This document shows, one piece after another, positions 29,654 to 39,624 of a stretch of 64,000 bases of DNA. The notes below the pieces were generated by a model. That model had not been told where the DNA came from, searched no databases, and saw only the letters and a program-made list of their open reading frames with translations. Numbering within the stretch: position 1 is the first letter of the stretch; every line of letters starts with the position of its first letter. This DNA comes from an uncultured Nitrososphaerota archaeon. GTDB taxonomy: Archaea > Thermoproteota > Nitrososphaeria > Nitrososphaerales > Gagatemarchaeaceae. The DNA is taken from the NCBI GenBank assembly GCA_963703285.1, contig OY969807.1, forward strand, positions 1,344,001 through 1,408,000. The letters are read 5' to 3'. The position numbers and the translations under genes were made by a program.

Positions 29654-30805
29654 TTGGGGATCATCGCAACGCCTCACGGAGGGGCCCTGGTCCAGGTGTC
29701 GAGGCTGGAGCCCACGCCCGAGCTACTGAGAGAGCGAGAAGGACAGGCCAGGGTCAGGGTCTCCCCCGAGGAGGGGACCACCATCAGCAACATAGCCAAC
29801 GGGACGCTCAGCCCCCTGCAGGGCTTCATGGGCCAGGAGGACTACCTGAGCGTCCTCAACGACATGCGCCTCGCCAGCGACCTGCCCTGGACGATACCGG
29901 TCGTCCTGAGGGCTCCGCCGGGACTTGCGGCCTCTCCGGGCGACGAGCTCGTGCTCGCCGGGGAGGGCGACAGACCGCTGGGCGTCATGGACTTCGAGGA
30001 GGAGTTCGCGATCGATAGGAAGGAGCACGCGGTCAGGGTCTACGGCACCGAGGACCCCTCCCACCCTGGGGTTGCGAGCCTCTACTCCCTCTCCGAGAGG
30101 GCCGTGGCGGGCAGGCTGAAGGCGGTCTTCGACTGGAAGGACAACTCGTTCAGGGAGCTGACGCTCGAGCCGAAGGAGACGAGGATTCTGTTCAGGGAGA
30201 GGGGCTGGAGGGACGTGATCGCGTTCCAGACCCGGAACGCGCCGCACATCGGCCACGAATACGTCCAGAAGACAGGGCTGGCCTTCGCTGATGGGCTCTT
30301 CGTGAACCCCGTGCTCGGTAAGAAGAAGCCTGGCGACTTCCGGGACGAGGTGATCGTCGCCTCCTACAAGGCGCTGATGCAGAACTACTATCCGCGGAAC
30401 TCGGCCGTCCTGAGCGTGCTCCACTACGAGATGCAGTACGCCGGCCCCAGGGAGGCCATCCTCCACGCCATAATGCGGAAGAACTTCGGTTGCAATCTCA
30501 TCGCCATAGGGCGGGACCACGCCGGCGTGGGAAGCTTCTACGCCCCCTACGCGGCGCAGGAGATATTCAAGGAGTTCCCGGACCTGGGCATCAAGCCCGT
30601 CTTCCTGCGGGAGTTCTACTACTGCCGGCGATGCGAGGGCATAGCGAACGAGAGGATATGCCCGCACGGGGAGTCGGACAAGCTGACGTTCTCAGGGACG
30701 GAGCTCAGGAAGATGTTCCTGGCGGGACGGGTGCCCCCGAAGGAGTTCATGCGACCAGAGGTCTCTGAGGCCATCCTCAGGTCTGACCATCCCTTCGTGG
30801 AGTGA
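29654..30805 (+). CDS. sat: Sulfate adenylyltransferase
   Basis: FQTRNAPHIGHE, YAGPREA, GRDHAGVG, CRRC..CPH Zn site, FMRPEV. Confidence 0.96.
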   Translation: MGIIATPHGGALVQVSRLEPTPELLREREGQARVRVSPEEGTTISNIANGTLSPLQGFMGQEDYLSVLNDMRLASDLPWTIPVVLRAPPGLAASPGDELVLAGEGDRPLGVMDFEEEFAIDRKEHAVRVYGTEDPSHPGVASLYSLSERAVAGRLKAVFDWKDNSFRELTLEPKETRILFRERGWRDVIAFQTRNAPHIGHEYVQKTGLAFADGLFVNPVLGKKKPGDFRDEVIVASYKALMQNYYPRNSAVLSVLHYEMQYAGPREAILHAIMRKNFGCNLIAIGRDHAGVGSFYAPYAAQEIFKEFPDLGIKPVFLREFYYCRRCEGIANERICPHGESDKLTFSGTELRKMFLAGRVPPKEFMRPEVSEAILRSDHPFVE

Positions 30806-30815
30806 TGTAGTTACC

Positions 30816-32228
30816 ATGGCAGGCAAGCGCGTCGCCGTGATCGGCCTCGACTCGGTCCCGCCCGAGCTGCTCTTCGACAAGCTGCTGGACAAGCTCCCCA
30901 CGGTGAGGCGCATGCACGCCCGTGGGATGCACGCGGTCCTGGAGAGCTGCGACCCTCCCATCACCGTACCCGCGTGGATGGTGATGATGACGGGCAGGAG
31001 CCCCGGGTCGCTGGGAGTATATGGGTTCAGGCACCGCAGGGGGGGCTCGTACTCTGACGGGTACATCGTGAGCTCGAACGACATCAGGGCGGAGACGGTC
31101 TGGGAGGTCCTCGGCGGGTCCGGGAGACGGTCAATCGTGGTGGGCGTGCCCCCCGGATATCCCCCGAAGAGGACCGCCAACGTCAGCTCGGTCTCGTGCC
31201 TCCTCACGCCGGGGATCGAGAAGGGGTTCACCCAGCCCCCGGAGCTGAGGGAGGAGGTCCTGAAGGCGAGCGGTGGAGGGTACAAGTTCGACGTGACCTT
31301 CCGGACGGAGGACCGGGACCGTCTCAGGAGCGAGCTCTTCGAGATGACCGAGAGGAGGTTCGACGTCGCCGAGCACCTTGCGCGCAGCAAGCCCTGGGAC
31401 TTCTTCATGTTGCACGAGATAGGATTCGACAGGCTCCACCACGCCTTCTGGAAGTACTTCGACCCCGGGCATCCGAAGTTCACGGAGGGCAACCCCTACA
31501 GACGGGTCGACGAGGAATACTACAGGATGGTGGATTCGCGGATTGGGAAGCTGCTCGAGGTATTCGGGGATGACTGTGTCACGTTCGTCCTCTCGGACCA
31601 CGGGTCGATGAGGATGCGGGGCGCCTTCTGCGTCAACCAGTGGCTCGAGGGGGAGGGGTATCTCGTCTTCAGGGAGAGGCCGTCCAAGGTCGTGGACCTC
31701 GACAAGGCACAGGTCGACTGGAGCCGGACCAGGGCGTGGGCCTGGGGCGGCTACTACGCCAGGATATTCTTCAACGTGAGGGGGAGGGAAGCCAACGGCA
31801 TCGTCGACCCGGTGGACCTCCCGAGAGAGAAGAGCGCCCTGAGCGATAGGATCCGCTCCATCCGGGGCGACCGCGGTCAGCCCCTGAATAACGTCGTCTT
31901 GGAGCCGGACGTGACCTACGGGCGGGCCCTGGGGGACAAACCCGACCTGATGGTCTACTTCGACGAGCTGAACTGGAGGTCCGCCGGGACGGTGGGCCAT
32001 GAAAGCATGTACCTCCAGGAGAACGATACTGGACCGGACGACTCCGTCCACTCGAAGGACGGGGTGTTCCTGATGTACGACCCTAGGAAGGACCTGGGTG
32101 GCAGGGGTCTCCAGAGACTGAAGATCCAAGACATCGCGCCCACGCTCCTGAGACTCTACGGGCTCGACCCGCCACCCGGCGGAGAGGGACGGGAAATCGG
32201 CGAGATTGTCGGGGCGAGCGGGCCATGA
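30816..32228 (+). CDS. AlkP-superfamily (COG3379-type) protein, no LGY tail
   Basis: VIGLDS, PPITVPAWMVMMTG, DRLHH, LSDHG, WGGYYAR, ENDTGPDDSVH. Confidence 0.88.
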   Translation: MAGKRVAVIGLDSVPPELLFDKLLDKLPTVRRMHARGMHAVLESCDPPITVPAWMVMMTGRSPGSLGVYGFRHRRGGSYSDGYIVSSNDIRAETVWEVLGGSGRRSIVVGVPPGYPPKRTANVSSVSCLLTPGIEKGFTQPPELREEVLKASGGGYKFDVTFRTEDRDRLRSELFEMTERRFDVAEHLARSKPWDFFMLHEIGFDRLHHAFWKYFDPGHPKFTEGNPYRRVDEEYYRMVDSRIGKLLEVFGDDCVTFVLSDHGSMRMRGAFCVNQWLEGEGYLVFRERPSKVVDLDKAQVDWSRTRAWAWGGYYARIFFNVRGREANGIVDPVDLPREKSALSDRIRSIRGDRGQPLNNVVLEPDVTYGRALGDKPDLMVYFDELNWRSAGTVGHESMYLQENDTGPDDSVHSKDGVFLMYDPRKDLGGRGLQRLKIQDIAPTLLRLYGLDPPPGGEGREIGEIVGASGP

Positions 32229-32782
32229 GGACGGACGGACGCGACCACGGGTCAGGCGGGTTCACGATATGGATGACCGGGCTCCCGGCTTCCGGCAAGT
32301 CGACCCTCGCCGAGCTGCTCCGTGAGAGGCTGACGGGCGAAGGCAGGCTCGTGGAGGTCCTCGACGGGGACGAGATCCGGAAGGGGTTGTCGCGCGACCT
32401 CGGGCTCTCGAGGGAGCACCGGGAGGAGCACGCGTGGAGGGTGTCCTTTCTGGCCAAGGTCCTCTCGCGCAACGGCGTCGTCTCAGTCGTCGCATTGATT
32501 TCCCCGTATCGCGCCTCGAGAGAGTCTGCGAGGGAGACGATCGGACCGGACAGGTTCGTGGAGGTCTACGTCAGGGCCCCCCTTGCTGTCTGCGAAAAGC
32601 GCGATCCCAAGGGGCTGTACGCGAGGGCCAGGCGCGGTGAGATCGACAACATGACCGGGGTGCAGGACCCGTACGAGGAGCCGCTCTCCCCCGACATCCT
32701 CATCGACACGGAGAGCGCGGCCCCGGAGGAATCGGTGGAACTCCTCATCTCGAAGCTTCGCGAGATGAGCTTCCTCAGCTGA
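32225..32782 (+). CDS. cysC: Adenylyl-sulfate kinase
   Basis: WMTGLPASGKST, LDGDEIR, LISPY, RDPKGLY, TGVQDPYE. Confidence 0.96.
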   Translation: MRTDGRDHGSGGFTIWMTGLPASGKSTLAELLRERLTGEGRLVEVLDGDEIRKGLSRDLGLSREHREEHAWRVSFLAKVLSRNGVVSVVALISPYRASRESARETIGPDRFVEVYVRAPLAVCEKRDPKGLYARARRGEIDNMTGVQDPYEEPLSPDILIDTESAAPEESVELLISKLREMSFLS

Positions 32783-32830
32783 TCGTCGGGGGCCAGCCGC
32801 CGATTCGCTGGACCGCCCGCGCTCTAGGGC

Positions 32831-34363
32831 TCATTCAGGACGGGCCGCTTTCATCGGGGCCACGATCTCGGGGGCGACTCTCTCCGCGGTGCCGGGGGGC
32901 TGGTTCCTGAAGCGCCTCGTCAGGTTCATGGACTTGAGGGTGGCCAGAGAGAGCCCTACCATGGCGAGGGATAGGAACCACACGCCTTGGAAGAGCACGA
33001 GCACGCCGAGGACGAGGCCTGCTACCGAGACCGCCCCCTCGACAATCCCGCTCCGCCCGCCGGCTAGGGTTCGTGCGTACTGCGACCTCCTGCGACCGTC
33101 CCCGTAGCCCGACTTGGGCGTCCTGTAGTTGAAGAACCCCGTCCGGTCGAAGACCCCGTAGAAGAAGCCGAATGAGGAGAGCGTAACCATGCTGACCTCG
33201 GCGTAGGCAAGCATGGGGATTAGCGCCAGGTTTTGGCGCGTCACGAGGTGCTGAAGCTTGAGCGCCCAGGCGGCGGAGATTATGACTACCGCGTACGGGA
33301 CCGCGAGCAACCCCATGAGAATCGGGTTGCTGAAGATGGAGCTCGACGGAGAGACGACGCCGAATACGATGGCGAGCGCGGACGCGAACGTAATCAGCAG
33401 CCAGTTGAGGCTCGAGAGGGTGGCCGTCAGCATCATGAAGATGCCGAGCTTCCGGCGGAGGGAGATGTCCCTCGCGGTGATGATCTGCCTGTAGTAGTGG
33501 GCGATGCACCTCCACCACCCCTGCGAGGTCCGGGCGACCTGTCTCTTCCAGGCCTCCAGCGTGGAAGGGTCCTCGCTCATTATGCTTACGTTGCTGAGGT
33601 AGACGCCCCGCTTCCCGTTCAGGTAGAGCTTTATCGATACGTCGGTGTCGTCGGCGATTCGCCCGTTGGTCCACTGGCCCACCTCCCTCAGGTCCTTGGT
33701 CCTGACGAGTGTGAACCCTCCCTGGAACGAGAAGGGGGCGTCCACCAGATAGGCGCCCATCTTCGAGGTCGTGTCGCCCAGGTCCTGCGACAGCGCGAAC
33801 AGCTTGGTGGCGAGGTTGAAGTCTCTGTTGTAGTGCCCATAGCGGAACGAGACGAAGGACGCGCTGGGGTGCGTCTCGATAGCGTCGATCCCCTTGCTGA
33901 AGACGTCGGGGGGCACTATGGAGTCGGCATCGAGGAGCAGGACGTACTCGCTTGTGACCAGGTCCATGGCCTTGTTCAGGGCTCCGCACTTGAAGTTCTC
34001 CCTTGTGGCTCTCCTCGAGACGACCGCGTCCACCCCCAGTCGATTCAGTTCGCTCGCTCCTGCGTCTACTATGTGGACCGTCTCGTCTGTCGAGTCGTCG
34101 GCCACGACGACCTGGACCCTGTTCTTGGGGTAGTCCAGCTTCCCTATCGCTTCGAGGGACCTTGCGATGACGAACTTCTCGTTGAAGGTAGAGATGAGAA
34201 TCGAGACCGGAGGGGGGTTGACGAGGTGGACGTCCCGGCCTTCCAGGTCCCTGGGATACCTGGCTGAGGTCACCAGCTCCAGGCACCAGTAGTATGACAG
34301 CGCCAGCACGGGCACGAAGAGCACCAGGAGGACGAGCTCCAGTGCAAAGGAGAATTGGGTCAT
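32831..34363 (-). CDS. Membrane-bound family 2 glycosyltransferase (cellulose-synthase-like)
   Basis: FNE, DDSTD, FKCGALN, LDAD, IADD, QVARTSQG (QxxRW variant); C-terminal TM helices. Confidence 0.88.
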   Translation of the reverse strand: MTQFSFALELVLLVLFVPVLALSYYWCLELVTSARYPRDLEGRDVHLVNPPPVSILISTFNEKFVIARSLEAIGKLDYPKNRVQVVVADDSTDETVHIVDAGASELNRLGVDAVVSRRATRENFKCGALNKAMDLVTSEYVLLLDADSIVPPDVFSKGIDAIETHPSASFVSFRYGHYNRDFNLATKLFALSQDLGDTTSKMGAYLVDAPFSFQGGFTLVRTKDLREVGQWTNGRIADDTDVSIKLYLNGKRGVYLSNVSIMSEDPSTLEAWKRQVARTSQGWWRCIAHYYRQIITARDISLRRKLGIFMMLTATLSSLNWLLITFASALAIVFGVVSPSSSIFSNPILMGLLAVPYAVVIISAAWALKLQHLVTRQNLALIPMLAYAEVSMVTLSSFGFFYGVFDRTGFFNYRTPKSGYGDGRRRSQYARTLAGGRSGIVEGAVSVAGLVLGVLVLFQGVWFLSLAMVGLSLATLKSMNLTRRFRNQPPGTAERVAPEIVAPMKAARPE

Positions 34364-34567
34364 GGCGGATGAACCACCGACGGTCGATGTTCTAGGCTGA
34401 CCTGACTCAATCTGCTCCCCGCGTCAAGAGGCTCCGGGGCTAGTAGATGAATCCTACGAATGCCGAGATGACATCGTAGCGCTCGCCCATCCGGCTTCGC
34501 GACCGGCAGTTGCGCTTCTCAGGCAGGGAGTCGTCTGGCCCGCCGTCTGCCAGTTCCTCGCGGAGGA

Positions 34568-35107
34568 CTACTTCTTCCCGGCCTTCGCGGGCTTGGTCGG
34601 TTTGGCTGCCTTGGGCTTAGCCGGCTTGGGCTTCGGCACCTTGGCGCTGACCTTCGACAGTATTCTCGAGAGATTGGCTTCCTCCCTCGCTCTGGTCCTC
34701 GCCGCCTCCTTCGCCATGCTGCTCTTCAGAGCCGCCAGCTCCGCGCGGAGCGTGGCCACCTGCTTCTCCAGTTTCTTGCTGCTCGTATCGTGGCTCTTGC
34801 TGAGTTTGCCGAGCTCCTTCGAGCGGGCGAAGGTCGCGAGCTCCCTTCGGAGCGAGGCGACGTGCGCCTCCAGGGACTTGACGCTCGCCTCGTGACTCCT
34901 CCTGAAGTCGCCTACATCTCGAGAAAGCGACTGGACGTTCTCCCTCACGATCTTCAGCTGTGTGCGCTTCCCCTCCGGCTGGGGCATCGTCTGTGTCGCA
35001 CCGGCTTCGGGCGCGGCAGGCGCCTGTTCGCCGCTCATGGCGGGAGGCTCGGCATGGCCAGAGCTCTCTTCCTCTGCATCTCCGCTGCTCTCTGATTCGG
35101 GGGTCAA
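34568..35107 (-). CDS. Hypothetical coiled-coil protein with internal repeat and Lys/Pro/Ala-rich tail
   Basis: Host-like codon usage; TATA-like TTAATTA at ~35134-35140. Confidence 0.6.
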   Translation of the reverse strand: MTPESESSGDAEEESSGHAEPPAMSGEQAPAAPEAGATQTMPQPEGKRTQLKIVRENVQSLSRDVGDFRRSHEASVKSLEAHVASLRRELATFARSKELGKLSKSHDTSSKKLEKQVATLRAELAALKSSMAKEAARTRAREEANLSRILSKVSAKVPKPKPAKPKAAKPTKPAKAGKK

Positions 35108-35209
35108 GGTTGCGCGATAGCGACGATTCTCGCTAATTAATGTTTACCATCGGCGACGGTCGACCCGCAATGGGAAAATACCTCGCTCGCAGGGACGAGG
35201 TTCGGTCCG

Positions 35210-36241
35210 ATGGCGATGTCCTTCTGCAGAAAGTGCGGCACGGCGATCCCCGAGTACACCCGCTACTGCCCCAGGTGCGGCGCCAGGGCGGGCGAGGAGG
35301 GCGCGGTCTCCGAGCTCCAGTGCGGGTACTGCCAGGCATACAACCGGGTCGACCGGACGTTCTGCCTTGGGTGCCGCAGGAGGATCATACCGCTGACCTC
35401 CTACGACATCACCGAGGACGATTTCACGTACCAAGCGGACAGAGACAACCTGAAGATGCTCCAGGGGACCGAGCCTCTTCCCCGGATCGTCGAAGGCCTC
35501 GTCGCCGGAGGCCGCCAGAGGTCCATACGCTCCTGGCTCGACGCACGGGCGATAAGGGTCGAGAACCGGTCGAGGCTGGACGCGCTCGTGAGGAGTTGCA
35601 GCGAGATCCTGGGCCTCGAGATCCTCCCGGAAGCCTTCGTGATCCCCGCGCCCCAGCTAAACGCCGCCACGTTCGGAAGCGACGAGAGGCCCATCCTCGG
35701 CGTCACCTCGGCGGCGCTCGCCGCGCTGGACGAGACGGAGATGATGGCGCTCGTCGGTCACGAGCTCGGGCACGTGAAGTCGAGGCACCTCCTCTACCAC
35801 ACGCTGGCGGAGTCGATGGGGGCCGGAGCACAGATCCTCGCCAGCTTCTACGGCGCTGGACTCGTCGCGATGCCCATCCAGATGCTGCTGCTGTCGTGGC
35901 ACAGGGAGTCTGAGATATCCGCAGACAGGGCGGCCCTCCTCCTGGTCAACGACCCGAGCGTCTTCAGGTCGATGATGCTGAAGATCATGGGGTACGGCGC
36001 CCCCGAGAGCGCGGGCCCGGGCGACCTCCTCGCGGAGGCGTTCCAGACCCATCCCACCTACGGAAGGAGGCTCGCCATGGTGAGGGAGTTCCACGCGAGC
36101 GGCGAGTACTCGAAGGCGAGAGAGAAGGTCAGGACGAGGCTGAGGCTGAAGAAGGCCCTCGTCCCCGTCTGCCGCTTCTGTGGGCAAGAAAAGCCCATAG
36201 GCGACCTCTTCTGCAAGTCGTGCAAGAGGAGCCAGTACTAG
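35210..36241 (+). CDS. M48 (HtpX/Ste24) family zinc metalloprotease with zinc ribbons
   Basis: HELGH, ESEISADR, THP; CxxC ribbons at both termini. Confidence 0.88.
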   Translation: MAMSFCRKCGTAIPEYTRYCPRCGARAGEEGAVSELQCGYCQAYNRVDRTFCLGCRRRIIPLTSYDITEDDFTYQADRDNLKMLQGTEPLPRIVEGLVAGGRQRSIRSWLDARAIRVENRSRLDALVRSCSEILGLEILPEAFVIPAPQLNAATFGSDERPILGVTSAALAALDETEMMALVGHELGHVKSRHLLYHTLAESMGAGAQILASFYGAGLVAMPIQMLLLSWHRESEISADRAALLLVNDPSVFRSMMLKIMGYGAPESAGPGDLLAEAFQTHPTYGRRLAMVREFHASGEYSKAREKVRTRLRLKKALVPVCRFCGQEKPIGDLFCKSCKRSQY

Positions 36242-36361
36242 GAAGCGTCGGGACGGCCCTGCCTAGGCGGGGTGCTCCGAAGCTCAGGGGAGGAATCTCC
36301 CTTGGTTCTTGGGCTCCGGGCATCTTGTCTTATAGTCGGGCCTGGGTCCCAAGTGGGAGCG

Positions 36362-37046
36362 ATGAAGACCATCGGCCTCTACCTTCTGGGAGCGGTCCTC
36401 CTAGCGCTTCCAGGCCACCTCCACTTCCACGCCAGCCCGTTCCTCTTCAGCCTCGTGGGCCTCTTCTTCGTCTCGCTGGTCTCCAACGCCACCCCATTCC
36501 TGGGCGCATCCTACACCCTGATAGCGACTACGGATTCTGATCGCGTTCGGCGTCACCGCCGAATCGTTCATCCTGGTCGTGGTGTTCACGGCGGCGGGAG
36601 CCGCTGTCGGTAAGCTCATCATCTACGGCGCGGCCAAGGGCTTCCAGTCCAGGCTCTCCCGAATCAAGAACGTGCAGACGCTGGCGCGGTGGCTCCAAGA
36701 CAGACGGTTCCTCGTTGCCGTCTTCATCACCGCCGTGATACCCGTGCTCCCCCTGGACGACTACCTCTACATCGGAGCTGGCGCGGCGCGGACGAGGCTC
36801 CTCCCCATGTTCTCGGTGACGATCGCAGCGAAGGTGGTCAAGAGCACCTTCGAGATAGCGCTCGAGTTCTACGGCGTGCTCGTGATCACGAGTCACCTCT
36901 TCGGACTGTCCCGCGTCGAGTCGTCGATTCTCCTGACGATCGTCTTCGTAGTCCTCGGAGTCCTTCTGTTCAAGTACGACTGGGAGTCGATCCTCCATCG
37001 CCTGCACCTGGGGGCATCCCAAGCAGCCTCGCCCGTGGCAAAATGA
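36362..37046 (+). CDS. DedA/VTT-like membrane protein; frameshift near 36532
   Basis: SNATPF..., AAGAAVGKLIIY, PVLPLDD..G, KVVK; two ORFs join if one G is removed. Confidence 0.7.
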
Positions 37047-37096
37047 TTCCTAGCCTCGCCCGAGGGAGGGGCGGGCGCGAACATAGGATGCCTTGG

Positions 37097-38470
37097 TCAG
37101 GGTACGGGCAGGGATGGATGCGCACGGGTGCCCGGAGCACTTGGGGGCGAAGAGGAGGACGCGCTGGAGAACCATCCCTCGACGGGCGGGCGAATTTCGT
37201 GCGACTCCCTTCCGTACCTGATGAGTGGCTTGGTCAGGTGCCTCTGGGAGCCCGAGGACGGAAGGTAGATCCCCGGCTCGATGCCTCTGGCTCGTCTATC
37301 CGTTCGCAGCGCGGATCGGTCGAACTTCGCTCCGCACCTCCTGCACTGGAAGCCTTTTCGAGCCCCCTCGGATTTTGCCGCAATCCCGCAGCGGCCGCAG
37401 ACCGGGTTGCTGATGCGGGGCTCGATGTTGAGGCTCAGTACCACAATCTTCTCTGTGTTTAGGATGGGAGGGTGTCTGGGCGTGGCCCTGCGGACCCCGC
37501 CATAGACGCGGACGGAATCTCCGGGACGCAGCATGGCCGCCTCCCTCTTCAGGTCCGCTGCCGGTCGGTAGACGGCGCAGTGGACGCCGGACCCTGCCGC
37601 GTCTAAATCGAAGTACACGTGGCCGCCCTCTCCCTTCCCGACCAGCCGCACCACGCCCTCGAGCCAGCCGGAAGAATAGGCCTTCAGGGGGAGCTCGAGT
37701 CGATCCGCCAGGTGCGCGTCGGTGCACTGGTTCGTGAGGTAGATCATGTGTCCCGCGAGGGGTTCGTCGAACCGGAGCATCCCGAACGCCGAGCTGGCGA
37801 CGCCCGGCGAGTCGGCCCTGATGCCGAGGAAGACCGGGTCCGGCCCGTGAGGCGCAACCAGGATCCGGCCATTCTTGTGGTCGTAGCTGTTGAACGTGTG
37901 CGGGAAGGTCTTTGCCTCCATCTCCCTGACAGAGTCGCTGTCGATGATCCTCGTCGTGCCGCAGGCGGCCTCGTCCCTGTAGGCGATGAGCTCGTAGGTG
38001 TGGTCGTCTTTGACGCTGAAGCCGAGGCTCGCCGCAGCTCCGACGACGCCCATCCCGTTCCCCAGGGTCAGGTTGCGTACGCGTCGCCTGTTCAGGAGGT
38101 CCAGGACCCGCCTGTAGCCTACGAGACCTGAGATTGCGGAAAGATACAGGGACCTGAAGAGGGACAGCCCGTCTTCTCCGGCAGAGAAGACCAGCGCCGA
38201 ATTCGCCCCGTTCCTGACGTCCGAGAGCTCGCGCATCCTTCTCTCGGCGGTCCCGAACGCGCCGTCGGTGTCGTCGGTCTCGAACTCCAGGCAGACCGCC
38301 GCGTTGCCCCTGGTCTTGAAGGGGACGTTGGGGTTGAGCCTCACGAGCCGCGGGTAGGTCGTGAAGACGCATCCGAGCTCCAAGAGGTCGCCCACGATTC
38401 GGAACCCGAGGTGGGTCGTGCAGTGTCCGAACTGCGAATCAGTGTCGTCGAGCCCCAGGAGGCACCGCAT
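37097..38470 (-). CDS. tiaS: tRNA(Ile2) 2-agmatinylcytidine synthetase
   Basis: GLDDTDS..CTT, PRLVRLNPNVPFKTRGN, PHGPDPVFLGIR, TNQCTD, RHLTKP. Confidence 0.96.
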   Translation of the reverse strand: MRCLLGLDDTDSQFGHCTTHLGFRIVGDLLELGCVFTTYPRLVRLNPNVPFKTRGNAAVCLEFETDDTDGAFGTAERRMRELSDVRNGANSALVFSAGEDGLSLFRSLYLSAISGLVGYRRVLDLLNRRRVRNLTLGNGMGVVGAAASLGFSVKDDHTYELIAYRDEAACGTTRIIDSDSVREMEAKTFPHTFNSYDHKNGRILVAPHGPDPVFLGIRADSPGVASSAFGMLRFDEPLAGHMIYLTNQCTDAHLADRLELPLKAYSSGWLEGVVRLVGKGEGGHVYFDLDAAGSGVHCAVYRPAADLKREAAMLRPGDSVRVYGGVRRATPRHPPILNTEKIVVLSLNIEPRISNPVCGRCGIAAKSEGARKGFQCRRCGAKFDRSALRTDRRARGIEPGIYLPSSGSQRHLTKPLIRYGRESHEIRPPVEGWFSSASSSSPPSAPGTRAHPSLPVP

Positions 38471-38569
38471 GGTGACCGGATGGGACCGGGACCGCGGGGC
38501 CTTGATTTAAGTCGAGCAGGAGCCGGGAGACCCCAAGCGCCGGGGCTACCGTCGGTCGAAAGGGCGCCC

Positions 38570-38974
38570 TCACGAGTCATGGGCCAAGCTCCTCACTCGT
38601 TTTTCAATGTCATCCCTGATCTCGCGCACCTGCTCGATGGACTTCCCCTTGGGGTCCTCGAGGTTCCAATCGATCAGCTTCTTCTGCATCTGCGCCAGCA
38701 TGGGACGAGGACAGAGCGCCTCCACAGAGCAGCCCATCGTGACGACGAGGCGCGCCGCCTTGATCATCTCTGTCGTAAGTGCCTTCGGAGCAGCACCGGA
38801 GATGTCGATCCCGCGCTCGGCCATCACCTCGACCACGACTGGATTGAGCTTGGACGAAGGCGCCGTGCCAGCGCTAGAGGCATCGATGCCATACTTCCTT
38901 GCGAATGCCTCCGCCATCTGGCTCCTGCCCGCGTTCTGAACGCAGACGAACAGTATCGTCTTTCTAGGTGGCAT
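38570..38974 (-). CDS. arsC: Arsenate reductase (LMW-PTPase family)
   Basis: FVCVQNAGRSQMAE, TMGC..CP, DWNLEDP. Confidence 0.85.
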   Translation of the reverse strand: MPPRKTILFVCVQNAGRSQMAEAFARKYGIDASSAGTAPSSKLNPVVVEVMAERGIDISGAAPKALTTEMIKAARLVVTMGCSVEALCPRPMLAQMQKKLIDWNLEDPKGKSIEQVREIRDDIEKRVRSLAHDS

Positions 38975-39221
38975 CTTCGCTCCTCCCGATTCTCGGACGC
39001 CTATTAAGCAGACCGAAGGTCAGTCCCGCGAGGGACGCACCGGAGAGCGGACCGATCCAGTAGACTTTCTGGTCGGTGAGGTAGCCCGAGAAGACATCGA
39101 GGAGATACGCCTCGTGTGGGACCAAATCGAGGCGCTCGTGGCCAACCTGGCCAAAAACGCCAGTCTATGGTCCGCCGCTCGGCGAAGTCAATAAATATGC
39201 GGGGGTCCTGCTTCCTCCGCT

Positions 39222-39467
39222 TTGGAACTTGTGTGCTGCTCGAGCAGCTGTGATGGGACCGAGTGCGTCGAGCTAACCGAGAGGGAGTCCTCGGTGTGCG
39301 GCGTCATATGCGGGTCCAAAGGACCGGTCTCGTTCTCCCAGCTGAAGAGGACGACGCAGCTTCACCAGGAGATTCTTTCGCGCATCGTCAGAAGGCTCGT
39401 GGTCCACGGCCTCGTCAGGAAGGAGGGCGACGGCAGGTACCGCAGGCCTGAACCGACCTTGAGGTAG
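39222..39467 (+). CDS. Small winged-helix DNA-binding protein
   Basis: FSQLKRTTQLHQEILSRIVRRLVVHGLVRK..GRY; TATA ATAAATA at ~39191. Confidence 0.65.
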   Translation: MELVCCSSSCDGTECVELTERESSVCGVICGSKGPVSFSQLKRTTQLHQEILSRIVRRLVVHGLVRKEGDGRYRRPEPTLR

Positions 39468-39624
39468 CTCCAAGCTTGGAAGGTCGAAAGAGTCCAGCCG
39501 CTAATCTGAAGAGCGCGAGGAGCCTCTTATCACGTTCTGAACTGGCCGTCGATGATCCTGATAGTGCTACGAAGCATACCGAGCGCATGGACACGATGGA
39601 TTAGAAGCGGCGGTAGGTCGCTGA

